A DNA stretch of 64,000 nucleotides from an uncultured delta proteobacterium (GTDB lineage Bacteria; Desulfobacterota; Binatia; DP-6), in contig CAWFFN010000012.1 in assembly GCA_963815115.1 (NCBI GenBank), forward strand, positions 832,001 through 896,000. The letters run 5' to 3'. Every line of letters starts with the position of its first letter. Positions within the stretch are counted from its first letter, which is position 1. The notes beneath the pieces are model-generated. The model was not told where the DNA came from and made no database searches. It saw nothing but the letters and a program-made list of their open reading frames with translations. Shown one piece after another: positions 32,147 through 43,039 of this stretch. The translations under genes were made by a program, and so were the position numbers.

Positions 32147-35100
32147 TCAGGCCGGTGCGTCGCGGGGGGCGTGCGATTCGGAGATGCGGAAGAATGCCAC
32201 GTACAGCGCCGGGAGGAAGATCAAGGTGAGCACCGTCGCCACGAGCAATCCTCCCATGATCGCGAACGCCATCGGACCCCAGAAGACGGTCCACGCGATC
32301 GGGATCATCCCGAGCACCGTGGAGATCGCCGTCAGCATGATGGGGCGGAAGCGGGAGAGGCAGGCCGCGATCACGGCATCCCACGGAGGCGTGCCCTGCG
32401 CGCGCTCGATCTCGACCTGCTCGATCAGGATCACGGCGTTGCGGGCGACCATGCCGAACAATGCCAGGATGCCGAGGATGGCCACGAAGCCGAGCGGCCG
32501 GTTGAAGAGGAGGAGCGTGAAGACCACGCCGATGACGCCCATGGGCACCACGCTCAGGACCAGCGCCAGGCGCGAGAAGCTCTGCAGCTGGATCATCAGG
32601 AAGGTGACCATGAGGAACAGCATCACGGGCACCACGGCCATCACCGAGGCCTGCGATTTGGCGCTCTCCTCGACCGTTCCGCCGACCACGATCTGGTAGC
32701 CCGGCGGGAGGCCCTGGTTCAGCTCCGCGACCGCGGGCGCGAGGGCGGCGACCACGCTTTCGGGCGATCCGCCCGCCACCACGTCGCCCCGCACGGTCAG
32801 CGTCGGGACGCGGTCCCGGCGCCACACCAGCGGTTGCTCCTGCTCGAAGCCGAAGGTCGCAACCTGGCTGAGCGGAACGCTGCGCCCGTTGGGGAGCGGG
32901 ATCTCCAGGGTCTGGAGCTTCGCCAGGTCCACGCGCTGCTCGCCGACGGCTCGCCCGACGACGTCGACCAGGTAGATGTCGTCCCGCACCTGCGTGATCG
33001 GCACGCCAGTCACCACGCTGTTCAACGCCGTGCCGATGGCGCGCGAATCCAGTCCGATGAGGCGCGCCTGATCCTGGTCGATGTTGATCCGGACGAGGCG
33101 CCCGGGCTCCATCCAGTCGAAGTTCACCCGCTTGACGGCCCCGCCCGCGGCGATGGCCTGCGCCAGCCGCAAGGAGACGTCCTGCACCTGCGAGGGGTCG
33201 GGCCCGCTCACGCGGTACTGGATCGGCCAGCCGACGGGCGGCCCGAGCTCGAGCGGGGAGACGCTCGAGATGGCGGACGGGAACTGCTCGGCGAGGAACT
33301 GCTCGAGCTTCGGCTGCAGCCGCTGGCGCGCCTCGACGTCCTTGGCGACGACCACGGCCTGGGTGAAGAAGTCGTTCGGCAGCTGCACGTCGAGCGGCAG
33401 GTAGAACCGGACCGCGCCGCGCCCGACGTTGGTGCTCCAGTGCGCGACGTCGGGACTCTCCTTCAAGAAGGCGTCGAGGCGGCTCGAGGCCTCCTCGCTG
33501 GCGTAGATGGACGCGTTCATCGGCAGCGTGAGGTCGACCAGGAGCTCCGGCCGGTCGGACGACGGGAAGAACTGCCGCGGCACCCGCGGGCTCGCCAGGA
33601 TGGCCGCGACGAAACAGGCGACCGTCAGGCCGATGGTGACCCAGCGTGCCCGCATCGCGGCGACCAGCAGCGCGCGGAACCCGCGCATGAGCCGCCCGGG
33701 CTCCTTCGACACCTTCTCCGCCGGCTTCTTCAGGATCCAGACGCCCAGGAGCGGCGCGAAGATCACGGCGACGAGCCAGGAGAGCATGAGCGCGAGCCCG
33801 ACGACCACGAAGATCGAGAAGGTGTACTCGCCGGCCGCGCTGCGGGCGAAGCCGATGGGCACGAAGCCGGCCGCCGTGATGAAGCTGCCGGTCAGCATCG
33901 GGGCGGCGAGCGTCCGGTAGGCGAAGGTGGCGGCCTCCTCCTTCTCGTCGCCCGCGTCCAGGCGCTCGGTCATGGCGTCGATGGTCGTCATCGCGTCGTC
34001 GACGAGCAGCGTGAGCGCGATGATGAGCGCGCCGAGCGAGATGCGCTGGAGGTCGATGCTCAGGAACCCCATGATGGGGAACGTGATGGCGATCGTCAGC
34101 GGGATCGACAGCGCCACGACCGTGCCGGGGCGCACGCCGAGGCTGATGAAGCTCACCGCCATGATGATCGCGATCGCCTGCCACAGCGATTCCAGGAACT
34201 CGCTGATGGCGTGCTCGACGACGACGGGCTGATTCGCGACCAGCGTCGGCTCGATGCCGATCGGGAGATCGGCGGTGATCGTGCGCATGGCGGCGTCCAG
34301 GTTGCGGCCGAGGGTCAGGATGTCGCCGCCCTCGCGCATGGCGATGGCCAGGCCGATGCCGTTCTGGCCGTTCACGCGGAAGATGGGCTGCGGCGGGTCC
34401 GCGTAGCCGCGGTGGACCTGGGCGATGTCGCGCAGACGGATCGTCCGGCCGTTGGCGACGAAGTTGACGTTCCGGATGTCCTCTTCCGAGTCGAAGCTGC
34501 CCGTCACGCGCAGCGCGAGCGTCTCGTTGCCCGTCTGGACGGTGCCGGACGGCAAGACCAGGTTCTGCGCCCGGAGTGCGGCCACGAAGGCGGCTTGGTC
34601 GAGGCCCAGGCCCGCGAGCTGCCGGGTCGAGAACTCGATGAAGATGGTCTCGTCCTGGGTTCCGAGCAGCTCGATCTTCGCGACGTCCGGCACCTGCAGC
34701 AGCTTCGAGCGGATGCTCTCCGCGTAGTCGCGCAGCTCGCGGTGGCTGAAGCCGTCCGCGGTGAGCCCGTAGATGATCCCGAACACGTCGCCGAAGTCGT
34801 CGTCGAAGAACGGCCCGACGACCCCCTGTGGCAGCGTGTGGCGGATGTCGGCGACGCTCTTGCGCACCTGATACCAGGTATCCTCGACCTGTTTGGCCGA
34901 CGTCGCGCCGACGAGGTTGACGAAGATCGTCGTGACGCCCGGTCGCGTGAAGCTGCGCAGGGAGTCGAGGTGCGGGGTTTCCTGGAGGCGGCGCTCGAGC
35001 CGCTCGGTGACCTGCTGCAGCGTCTCGTCGATCGTCGCGCCGGGCCACCGCGCCGCGACGACCATCGTCCGCACCGTGAAGGGCGGATCCTCGTCGCGGC

Positions 35101-35203
35101 CGAGCTTGTAGAATGCGGCCGCCCCGGCGAGGGAGGACGCGAGCATCAGGTAGACGACGAACGAGCGGTGCTTCAGCGCCCATTCGGAGAGGTTGAGCCC
35201 CAT
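32147..35203 (-). CDS. RND efflux transporter permease subunit (AcrB/AcrD/AcrF family)
   Basis: 1018 aa; NLSEWAL, LGRDEDPPFT, LLVDDA, FFPSSDRPEL, RFRPIMLT; 12-TM pattern. Confidence 0.95.
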   Translation of the reverse strand: MGLNLSEWALKHRSFVVYLMLASSLAGAAAFYKLGRDEDPPFTVRTMVVAARWPGATIDETLQQVTERLERRLQETPHLDSLRSFTRPGVTTIFVNLVGATSAKQVEDTWYQVRKSVADIRHTLPQGVVGPFFDDDFGDVFGIIYGLTADGFSHRELRDYAESIRSKLLQVPDVAKIELLGTQDETIFIEFSTRQLAGLGLDQAAFVAALRAQNLVLPSGTVQTGNETLALRVTGSFDSEEDIRNVNFVANGRTIRLRDIAQVHRGYADPPQPIFRVNGQNGIGLAIAMREGGDILTLGRNLDAAMRTITADLPIGIEPTLVANQPVVVEHAISEFLESLWQAIAIIMAVSFISLGVRPGTVVALSIPLTIAITFPIMGFLSIDLQRISLGALIIALTLLVDDAMTTIDAMTERLDAGDEKEEAATFAYRTLAAPMLTGSFITAAGFVPIGFARSAAGEYTFSIFVVVGLALMLSWLVAVIFAPLLGVWILKKPAEKVSKEPGRLMRGFRALLVAAMRARWVTIGLTVACFVAAILASPRVPRQFFPSSDRPELLVDLTLPMNASIYASEEASSRLDAFLKESPDVAHWSTNVGRGAVRFYLPLDVQLPNDFFTQAVVVAKDVEARQRLQPKLEQFLAEQFPSAISSVSPLELGPPVGWPIQYRVSGPDPSQVQDVSLRLAQAIAAGGAVKRVNFDWMEPGRLVRINIDQDQARLIGLDSRAIGTALNSVVTGVPITQVRDDIYLVDVVGRAVGEQRVDLAKLQTLEIPLPNGRSVPLSQVATFGFEQEQPLVWRRDRVPTLTVRGDVVAGGSPESVVAALAPAVAELNQGLPPGYQIVVGGTVEESAKSQASVMAVVPVMLFLMVTFLMIQLQSFSRLALVLSVVPMGVIGVVFTLLLFNRPLGFVAILGILALFGMVARNAVILIEQVEIERAQGTPPWDAVIAACLSRFRPIMLTAISTVLGMIPIAWTVFWGPMAFAIMGGLLVATVLTLIFLPALYVAFFRISESHAPRDAPA

Positions 35204-36336
35204 CAGGAGGGGGAAGAATCCAGGAGGCGAACCTTCTGCCCCGGATAGAGCGCCTGGACGCCGGCGGTCACGACGACGTCACCCGGGGCGAGCCCCTTCG
35301 ACACCACGACGGCGTCGGGGTCGAAACGCAGCACGTCGATCGTGCGCAGCGACACCGTGGAGGTGGACGGGTCGACGATCCACACTGCCGGCTGCTGGTT
35401 GCTCCGGGTGAGCGCCGCGGCCGGGATGTCGATGACGCTGCTGGAGTCGACGTCCATGCGCCCGGTCACCGTGGTGCCGAGGCGCATGGCGGCCGGCGGA
35501 TCGGTCAGGCCCACCTTGACCTCGAAGGTGCGGGTGACCGGGTCTGCCTGGGGGGCGACCTCGCGCACGCGTCCGACGACCGTCACGCCCGGGTCGTCCT
35601 GCAGCGACACGGTGATCTGCGGGTTCTTCGGCGCCGATCGAATCACCTGGGCGGGCACGTCGAACACGGCGTCTCTGCCTCCCTGGCGCGCCAGCGTGAC
35701 GATCATTCTCCCGGCCGACACCACCTCGCCCGGCTCGGCGCCGACCGAGGTGATGACCCCCGCGGCGTCCGCCTTGAGCTCGGTGAAGGCCAGCTGGTCC
35801 TGGGCGAACTTGACCTGCGCTTCGGCCGCCTCGACCTGGGACTGCGCCGTCTGGAACGACTCCCGCGCCCGGTCGAGCTCGGACTGCGACACGGCACCGC
35901 GAACGGCGAGGGGCTCCTGACGGCGCAGGTTGTTGCGGGCGTTGGTCAGCTGCCCCTGCGCAGCCGTCAGGTTCGCGCGTGCGGCACGCAGCGAGTTCTG
36001 CTCGTTCTGCGGCTCGAGCCGCGCCACCAGCTGTCCGGGCCGGACCCGGTCGCCGTTGTTGACCCGCCGTTCGATCATCCGGCCCGAGACACGAAAGGCG
36101 AGCGGGGCCTCGTCCTGCGCGCGGATGCTGCCGGTGAGCACGACGGGTACGCCCGCATCCCGCTTCGCGATGGTGACCGTTCGCACGGGCCGGATCTCCG
36201 GTGCGGTCGGGGCGGCCTCGGGCCGGCAGGCGACCGCGATCGTCATCAGGCACACGGCCGCTGCGCCCGCCCATGCCAGCCGGGTGGGTAGGCGCAGCGA
36301 GAGGTAGCGCCCAACCCCGCGGTGCCGCCTTTCCAT
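35203..36336 (-). CDS. RND efflux periplasmic adaptor (membrane fusion protein)
   Basis: RPVRTV, FRVSGRM…GDRVRPGQLVARL, ELKADAAGVI…EPGEVVSAG, ADPVTRTF, GLAPGDVVVTAGV; coupled to the permease. No outer-membrane factor gene adjacent. Confidence 0.93.
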   Translation of the reverse strand: MERRHRGVGRYLSLRLPTRLAWAGAAAVCLMTIAVACRPEAAPTAPEIRPVRTVTIAKRDAGVPVVLTGSIRAQDEAPLAFRVSGRMIERRVNNGDRVRPGQLVARLEPQNEQNSLRAARANLTAAQGQLTNARNNLRRQEPLAVRGAVSQSELDRARESFQTAQSQVEAAEAQVKFAQDQLAFTELKADAAGVITSVGAEPGEVVSAGRMIVTLARQGGRDAVFDVPAQVIRSAPKNPQITVSLQDDPGVTVVGRVREVAPQADPVTRTFEVKVGLTDPPAAMRLGTTVTGRMDVDSSSVIDIPAAALTRSNQQPAVWIVDPSTSTVSLRTIDVLRFDPDAVVVSKGLAPGDVVVTAGVQALYPGQKVRLLDSSPS

Positions 36337-36460
36337 GCTCTTCCGGTTCAGGTCGAAACTCCGCGTCGCGCAAGATCGGACGGGGACGAGAAGACAACGA
36401 GACCGAACGCCGGGTCAAGAGGGCCGCCCGAGTTCGCCAGCACGCGGATGAAGACGCAGC

Positions 36461-37990
36461 TCACGGGTCCGCACGCGGGGAGGCCGCGAGAGAGCCCTCC
36501 CGCGCCGCCGGATCGACTGCCGCGAAGGGGCGGGTGCTTCCCGCACCGACGCCGTTCGCGATCCGTTCGAGCACGTAGGAGAAGAACGGATTGGACAGCA
36601 GGCGAAGCGACGTGTTCGGGTTCAAGACGAGCGCGCCGAGCTCGCCGCGCGCGGTCAGGTTTCCCAGGTTGATGCCGAATCGTTCGGCGGGGTCCGGCTG
36701 GAGGCCGTAGAGCCCGTCGCTCACCGGAAACGGCAGCGCGACGTGGGAGAGCGAGTACACCTCGGCGGGATACTGCAGTCCCAGCGGGCGCGTCTGCTCG
36801 CTCGCGGTGCCGGCCTCGGTGACCCGTTCCACGACGTCGCTGCTGGCGGCGGTCGCGTTGCTGATGATCGTCGTCCGGAAGGGCCGCGGCGGCGGAGGCA
36901 GCAGGCGCTCCAGCTTGGTCTCGGCGGCGGCGCTGAACAGCTCCACGAACTTCGATGCGCGGTTGATGTCGAACAGGACGAGCTCGCTGCCGTTTGCGGG
37001 AAGACGTGCGTACAGCGCGTCGACGATGGCGTGCGTGCTGACCGTGAAGTCCACCGCCGACTGGAACGTGAGGATGGGGGGGAGCAGGCCCAGGCGGTGC
37101 GCGCGCTCGAGGCGCGCGATCTGCTCCTGCAGCACCATCGTCAGGCGATGCGTCTGGCGGGCGCCGTTGACCGGAAAGGAGTTGTACTTGAACGGGTTGA
37201 ACTCGGGCAGCACGCTGAGCCAGGCGGCCTTCGCGAAGGCGGGGAAGATCGCGGGCCAGCCGGCGATGCCGGCGAAGCGCGCGAACCTGGTGATGCCGAT
37301 CATCGGCGAGATCAGCACGACGCGCTCGGGACGTGCCAGCCGCGGGTCGTCGACGGCGTCCAGCGCGTACTGCAGTGCCAGCGCCCCGCCGTTGGAGTAG
37401 CCCACCAGGTGAAGGGGGAGCGCGGGTCCGGTGCGTCGCTTCGCCTCGCGCACCGCGAGACGCGTCGCCGCCCGCCAGTCTTCCCACTCGACGTCGGTGA
37501 GGGCGGCGGGCACCGTGCCGTGGGCGGGCAGGCGGATCGCGACGGCGACATAGCCCGCTGCGCGATAGCGCTGGGCGACGTGGCGGGTGCTGTAGGGCGA
37601 ATCGGTCAGCCCGTGCAGCAACACGACGGCGCCGGCGGGGGCGCCGTCGGGCTCCAGCACGTAGGACCGGTTCCAGTCGTGGGCCAGGTGCGGCGGATAG
37701 ACCGCACTGCCGGCGAAGTAGCGGTTGAACCGGACGCGATCGCCGGCGTCCAGGCGATCGGTGACCTCGGTCCGCACCGCCGCGAACACACGGTCCTCGG
37801 CCTCCAGGTACGCGTCCCACTCGATCGCATCGATCTCCTTCGCGCGCAGCTCGTCGGGCACGAACGTGTGCCAGGGTTCGAGTGGTGGCCCGCGTTGCGA
37901 GTCCCACGCGCGGATCGCCAGGACCGTCAGCGCGCACACCGCGAGCACCACCGTCCCGCGCTTCAGGATCCTGCGTATTCTGGCCGACAT
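36461..37990 (-). CDS. Membrane-anchored alpha/beta hydrolase
   Basis: N-terminal TM; VLLHGLTDSPYS, GYSNGG nucleophile, SAVDFTV, SLSHVALP. Confidence 0.85.
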   Translation of the reverse strand: MSARIRRILKRGTVVLAVCALTVLAIRAWDSQRGPPLEPWHTFVPDELRAKEIDAIEWDAYLEAEDRVFAAVRTEVTDRLDAGDRVRFNRYFAGSAVYPPHLAHDWNRSYVLEPDGAPAGAVVLLHGLTDSPYSTRHVAQRYRAAGYVAVAIRLPAHGTVPAALTDVEWEDWRAATRLAVREAKRRTGPALPLHLVGYSNGGALALQYALDAVDDPRLARPERVVLISPMIGITRFARFAGIAGWPAIFPAFAKAAWLSVLPEFNPFKYNSFPVNGARQTHRLTMVLQEQIARLERAHRLGLLPPILTFQSAVDFTVSTHAIVDALYARLPANGSELVLFDINRASKFVELFSAAAETKLERLLPPPPRPFRTTIISNATAASSDVVERVTEAGTASEQTRPLGLQYPAEVYSLSHVALPFPVSDGLYGLQPDPAERFGINLGNLTARGELGALVLNPNTSLRLLSNPFFSYVLERIANGVGAGSTRPFAAVDPAAREGSLAASPRADP

Positions 37991-38063
37991 CACGCAGGCA
38001 CTGCCCCGGGCTCGCCGAGGGCCGCCCGGTCTCTGCGCTGCGATGCGCGGACCGCGGTGTTCC

Positions 38064-38598
38064 TCAGCGCGAGAAAGCCCAGGCGAGGCGGTTCGCGCCG
38101 CTCAGGATGAGGCTGATCCCGACCAGCAAGGCGATGATGCGCACCGAATCGTGCGGCCAGCCGGAGAAGATCAGGAACGCGAGGAGCAGAGTGACGATGC
38201 CGTCGAACAGCCACCAGCCCCAGCCAGCCAGCGGACGGAGCTGGAGCGCGCCGAAGACGCTGATCACGCCCTTCACCAGGAACACCCAGGCCAGGGTCAG
38301 CGCCAGGGCGGCGAGCCCCGCTCTGGGATCTCTCGAGCATGTAGAAGCCGACGGCGAGATAGAGGACCCCGAGGAGCACCTTCCACGGCCGGTTCTCGCC
38401 CGAGCTCCAGGCGGAGATCAGCTCGGCGACGCCGCCGAAGACGAGGCCCCAGCCGACCCAGAATGTGGCGAACAGCGCCGCGAGATAGGGCGCCGCCAGC
38501 GCTTCCATCCCGACGACGATCAGCAGCACGCCTGCTGCGATCGACCACCCCCGACTGGTCCGAGCCGCTCCCGCAACTGCCTCACCGGAACCCGCCAT
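38064..38598 (-). pseudogene. hdeD: HdeD/DUF308 acid-resistance membrane protein, frameshifted (or sequence error)
   Basis: N-half GWSIAAGVLLIVVG…GVLYLAVGFYML and C-half PRAGLAALALTLA…GWGWWLFDGIVTLLL…WP…LLVGISLI are in different frames. One extra base in GAGAGA near 38330; the corrected protein is ~177 aa. Confidence 0.8.
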
Positions 38599-38897
38599 GT
38601 CAGACCTCCCTCCTCCTCATGCTGCCCGAGGACGATCGGTGCGATGCTGAAATCCCATTTCACTCCCGAGCGCAAGGCGCCGACGTTGGCTGGCGCTGCT
38701 GGGGCGAAGCCAGTAGAGGGGACGCCACCAAGCTCGATGACCTGGCGATTGCTCCCCGCCGCCCTGGTGGTGGCTAGCCTTCTGCAGCCGGCGCGTGGCC
38801 AGCTCCTCGCGGTGATGCGGCTCCGTGCCGCCCTGGATGGAGGCTGGAGCGCTGCCGCGCAGGACGCGCCGCTCGACGCCTTCCCCGACTGGCCGCG

Positions 38898-40869
38898 GTG
38901 ATCCCTCGTGCCGCCGGTCGCGCGCTGCGCGGCGTTCTGGCCGCCGGCGCGGCGCTCCTGCTGGTGGCCTGTGGCCCGCCGGTCGGCGTCAGCCGCGTGT
39001 CGCCGCGCGAGGTCTCGCGCGACCTGACGCGCAGCGCGTTGAACTCGACCATGCCGAGCGAGTTCAGCGAAAACGTCCTGAACCGCTGGGACCTCCGCGA
39101 GCGCTTCCGCCGGGATCCCGAATCGGCCCTCGCTCGGCTGCATCAGCTGGCCGTCGAGGGACGCGGTCGCGATACCACGCTGTTCGCGCTCGCGGAGCTG
39201 TCGTTCGCCCATGCCGAAGCGACGCGCAAACGGGACTACTCCCTGCTGGCAGCGGTCACCGCGTGGGCGTTCCTGTTCCCCGGCGGCGACGATGAGCCGC
39301 CGGACGAGTTCGATCCACGGCTGCGCATCGCGGCCGACCTCTACAATCGCGGGCTCACTCAGGCGCTCGCGTCCGGCGACGGCTCGGTGGTCGATCTGCG
39401 CTCCGGTCTCTACCCGCTCCCCTTCGGCCAGCAGGTCGCGGTGCACATGGAGCCGGACGCGCTGCGCTGGGGCGATCGCGAGCTGGTGGACTTCGTCCCC
39501 GTCGCCGAGCTCCGGGTGCGGGGACTTCGATCCCGGCACCGGCGCCCGGGGATCGGCGCGCCCCTGGCAGCCAGGGCGATCGCCATCCATCCGGACGTCA
39601 AGGGCCGGGACTTCCTCGGTCCGGACGCCAGGACGCCGGTGACGGCGCTGCTGCGCATCGACGATGCGCGCCGCCAGCTCACGCAGCCGGTGATCCACGG
39701 CTCGCTCGGCGTCTACGGCATGTCCGATCGGCGAAGCGTCGAGATCGACGGCCGGCAAGTCCGGCTCGAGGTCGAGCCGAGCGCTGCCCTCGCGTGGACG
39801 CTGAGCCAGTCCCAGAAATGGCGCTGGGAGCGCCGCGGGTTCTTCGTCGGCGACCTGCTGCGGCAGGAGCTGCCCACCAGCCTGACATTCACCCAGCCAT
39901 ATCGTCCCGGTCTGATTCCGGTGGTGCTCGTGCACGGCACGCTCTCCAGTGCCGGCCGATGGGCCGACATGCTCAACGATCTCGAGAACGACGGGCGGCT
40001 GCGCGATCGTTTCCAGTTCTGGTTCTTCCACTACAGCACGGGCAGTCCCATCCCGTACTCCGCCATGTTGCTCCGCGACGCGCTCACGGACGTCGTCGCG
40101 CAGCTCGATCCCGAGGGCAGGGACGCGGCCCTGCGTCAGATGGTCGTGATCGGGCACAGCCAGGGCGGGCTGCTCGCCAAGATGACCGTGATCGATCCCG
40201 GAACCCGGATCTGGGACACGATCAGCCGCCGGCCTCTCGCCGACATGTACGTCAGCCCGGAGACGCGCGAGCTCCTGGAACGCGCCCTCTTCGTTCGCCC
40301 CTTGCCGTTCGTCAGCCGGGTGATCTTCATCGCGACGCCGCACGGTGGCAGCTCCACCGCGACCGGTCTGATCGTCCGGACGCTGAGCCGGTTCGTCACG
40401 CTGCCAGGCGACGTGCTGAGCGCGGTAGCGGATCTCATGGAGGGCAACATGCGATGCTCTCCTCCTCGACCCGCGGCGGCCGGACTTCGGCAGCGTCTAT
40501 GGAATGCGGCCGGGCAGCCCGTTCCTCCAGGCCCTCGCCGCCACGCCGATCGCGCCCGGCATCGCCGCGCACTCGATCATCCCGGTGACCGGAGCCGGCC
40601 CCGGACCGAACGCGAGCGACGGCGTCGTCACGTACCGGAGCGCGCACATCGACGGCGTCGAGTCCGAGCTCGTGATTCCCTTCGCCGGGCACTCGGCGCA
40701 GGGCCATCCGATGACCGTCGAGGAGGTGCGCCGCATCCTGCTCGCGCACGCGGCGGCCGTGTGTGCGACCTCCGGGGTCGCCTGCGGCCCGGGCACCGGC
40801 GCCGAGAGGCGCGAGCCGGGTGCAGAGCCCGCCGGCCGCCCCGACGAGCCGGCCCGCTACCAGCGCTGA
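38898..40869 (+). pseudogene. Lipoprotein esterase/lipase (alpha/beta hydrolase), frameshifted near 40450 (or sequence error)
   Basis: Lipobox LVAC; IPVVLVHG, GHSQGG, FIATPHGG in frame 1; SDGVVTYRSAH and GHSAQ (catalytic Asp/His) in the frame of ORF 40504-40869. Corrected length ~656 aa. Confidence 0.82.
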
Positions 40870-41573
40870 GCGCGGGACAGGTCCGACACCGTTCTCGTGA
40901 TCTGCTCGGAGGTGCGCCGCGCATCGGCGTCGATCGACGCGCGGAACTCCCGGATCACGCCGACGCCCGACGTGATGATGGCGGAGGTCGCGACGGTCCC
41001 GGCGACGGCCCCGCCCGCGACGAAGAAGCCGGCGCCGGGAAGGCGCGAGCCCTCGGCCACGGTGTCGAACTGCTTGATCGGCCGCCAGCCGTCCGGGGTC
41101 ACGTGGAACATCTCGACCTGCGTCCGGACCTCGGTCGCGCCGACGCCGAGCCCGATCACGAAGCGCTGCACCTGGGACCCCTCGTTGACGCGCAGGAACT
41201 GGCCCTGGATCACGAGATCGTTCGGCCCCGGCGGGACGGCCCCCGTGGCGCGCTCCGCGGAGAGCCCGAGCCCCCGGATGTCCTCGACCAGCCGGTTCGC
41301 GAGCGTGTCCGCGATCGCCTGCGCGACGACATCCGACTCGGTGACGTACAGCCCCACCGCCCGGCGCGCCGTCCGGCGCGGCGACGAGCCCACCCGGACG
41401 TCGGCCGCGCCGGTGTCGAAGTCGAACACGACGACCCGCGGGGGCCGTGGCATCGTGGCGGACCGGTCCGCCTGGAGGTTCTGCACGCGCGCCCGGGCGC
41501 ACCCGGCGCAGAGCGCGATCGCGCTCGCCAGCAGCAGACCGCCCAGGATTTGCCGGGTCCTCAACCGTTCCAT
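40857..41573 (-). CDS. DUF4410-like lipoprotein
   Basis: Lipobox CAGC; VVFDF, GQFLRVNEGS..RFVIGLGVG, ADARRT; GAAGGAGG RBS before ATG 41573. Confidence 0.75.
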   Translation of the reverse strand: MERLRTRQILGGLLLASAIALCAGCARARVQNLQADRSATMPRPPRVVVFDFDTGAADVRVGSSPRRTARRAVGLYVTESDVVAQAIADTLANRLVEDIRGLGLSAERATGAVPPGPNDLVIQGQFLRVNEGSQVQRFVIGLGVGATEVRTQVEMFHVTPDGWRPIKQFDTVAEGSRLPGAGFFVAGGAVAGTVATSAIITSGVGVIREFRASIDADARRTSEQITRTVSDLSRAQRW

Positions 41574-41881
41574 GTGGCCTCCTTCGGGTGTACCGCGCGC
41601 CGGCGGGTCGCATACCACGTCGCGTGATCCGTTCAACCCGTGCCCGGCTCTCGCGACGAAGACGTCCACGCCGAAAAGCGCGGCGCGCTGCACGAATAAG
41701 TTGCGATGTTTTTTGACTTCGCATACAGCACCGTTGCGATTCGTCGCCTGCTGTTGGCCGAGCATCGAAGACGGGATCTCTCGCCAGATTCGACTCAGAG
41801 GAGGCCGTGCCGCCTGTCGGCGTCGCCCTTTCAGGCAGCCCCGGGTTGCTTGGCGATCCGGGCAGACCAGGAGATGCGCTC

Positions 41882-42766
41882 ATGGCTAGGACGAATCTGA
41901 CCGGGCCCGCCATGGCTTCGGGGGCCCGCGCGCCGCGCCAACGCGTGTGTCGCGCCGGCGGCGTGCGGGCGACGCTCCTGGCCGTGGCGATCGTCCTCGG
42001 CCGGCTCGCTCCCGCGATCGCCCAGGAAGGTTTCCTGCAGCGCGACGGCGGCGTCACGTCGGCGTACCCGTACGGCTACAGCGACGGAGGTCAGGAATCT
42101 CCGGAGGAAGCGCCCGGCCGCTGGGAGCTTCCCGGTCCCTTCGACCTGCTGCCGCCTGATCCGGTGGTGCAGGCGCTGGTCTTCGGGCCGACCTTCCGCA
42201 ACCAGCAAGCGCGCACGGAGGTCGGGGGCGCGGCGGCGTACGTCAATTCCAAGTGGGCGGTGCCCTTCCAGTTCAGCGTCGAGACGACCTGGGTGCGCCG
42301 CAAGCGGGAGCCGAGCGACGACCGGAATTTCCGCCGGGTCAGGCTCGCCGGGGACGCGGAGGTCTGGCAGCGGAGCAGCACGTACGAGGGGACCGCCGTC
42401 GCGCTGACGGGCTTCTTCGACAATCAGAACTCGAGCTTCAGCACGTTCGAGACGGGCGTGGCCGTGACCCAGTCGATCGGCAGGCGCCTGTCGATCTCGG
42501 GCAACGCGTTCTGGCGAAGGGAATGGGTCGTGGGTGGGCCGATACTCGACGCGCCGGTCGGCGCCTTCGGCGCCTCCTACAACTTCGGCGCGGGTGTGCG
42601 GTTCGGCGGGTTCTACGAGCTCTACAACAAGGTGTTCTTCTCGGACGACTGGGGCATGTTCCTGGGATACCAGTTCCTGCCCTGGGCCGAGGCCATCGTC
42701 GATGGCGGGAAGTTCCAGTTCGTCCGCGCGCGGCTCCTGTTCACGCTTCCGCTGGAACGGCCCTGA
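41882..42766 (+). CDS. Secreted, probable outer-membrane beta-barrel protein
   Basis: Signal peptide (…APAIA-QE), alternating aromatic-rich strands in the C-terminal two-thirds; AGGAG RBS. Confidence 0.6.
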   Translation: MARTNLTGPAMASGARAPRQRVCRAGGVRATLLAVAIVLGRLAPAIAQEGFLQRDGGVTSAYPYGYSDGGQESPEEAPGRWELPGPFDLLPPDPVVQALVFGPTFRNQQARTEVGGAAAYVNSKWAVPFQFSVETTWVRRKREPSDDRNFRRVRLAGDAEVWQRSSTYEGTAVALTGFFDNQNSSFSTFETGVAVTQSIGRRLSISGNAFWRREWVVGGPILDAPVGAFGASYNFGAGVRFGGFYELYNKVFFSDDWGMFLGYQFLPWAEAIVDGGKFQFVRARLLFTLPLERP

Positions 42767-42767
42767 G

Positions 42768-43028
42768 ATGATCGCGGGCGTGCTGGTCGCGCTGCTCCTC
42801 GTCGCCGGGTCCCCGGCGTGCCTGGCGGGCGAAGGCTATCTCGATCGCTCGAAGGTCCGGGAAGCCGTGCCGTATGGAACCACCATCGAGCCGCCGGCCG
42901 CGAAACGGGCACCCGCACCGGCCGCCGGCCGCGATCGCGATACCGGACAGCCGAGCGTTACGACGTCGAGCACCAACCCCTCCGAGTCCACCCCGAACGA
43001 TCGCGGCCGCGGCCCGGATCGACGGTAG
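42768..43028 (+). CDS. Small secreted protein (86 aa)
   Basis: ATG 1 bp after the upstream stop; signal peptide MIAGVLVALLLVAGSPACLA. Confidence 0.55.
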   Translation: MIAGVLVALLLVAGSPACLAGEGYLDRSKVREAVPYGTTIEPPAAKRAPAPAAGRDRDTGQPSVTTSSTNPSESTPNDRGRGPDRR

Positions 43029-43039
43029 GTCGGAGGGTG

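Noticed and set aside
40450-41627. C-terminal ~390 aa of the 909-aa ORF 38898-41627
   Set aside because: Read-through after the frameshift; the real C-terminus is in ORF 40504-40869 and the rest overlaps the DUF4410-like gene on the opposite strand.
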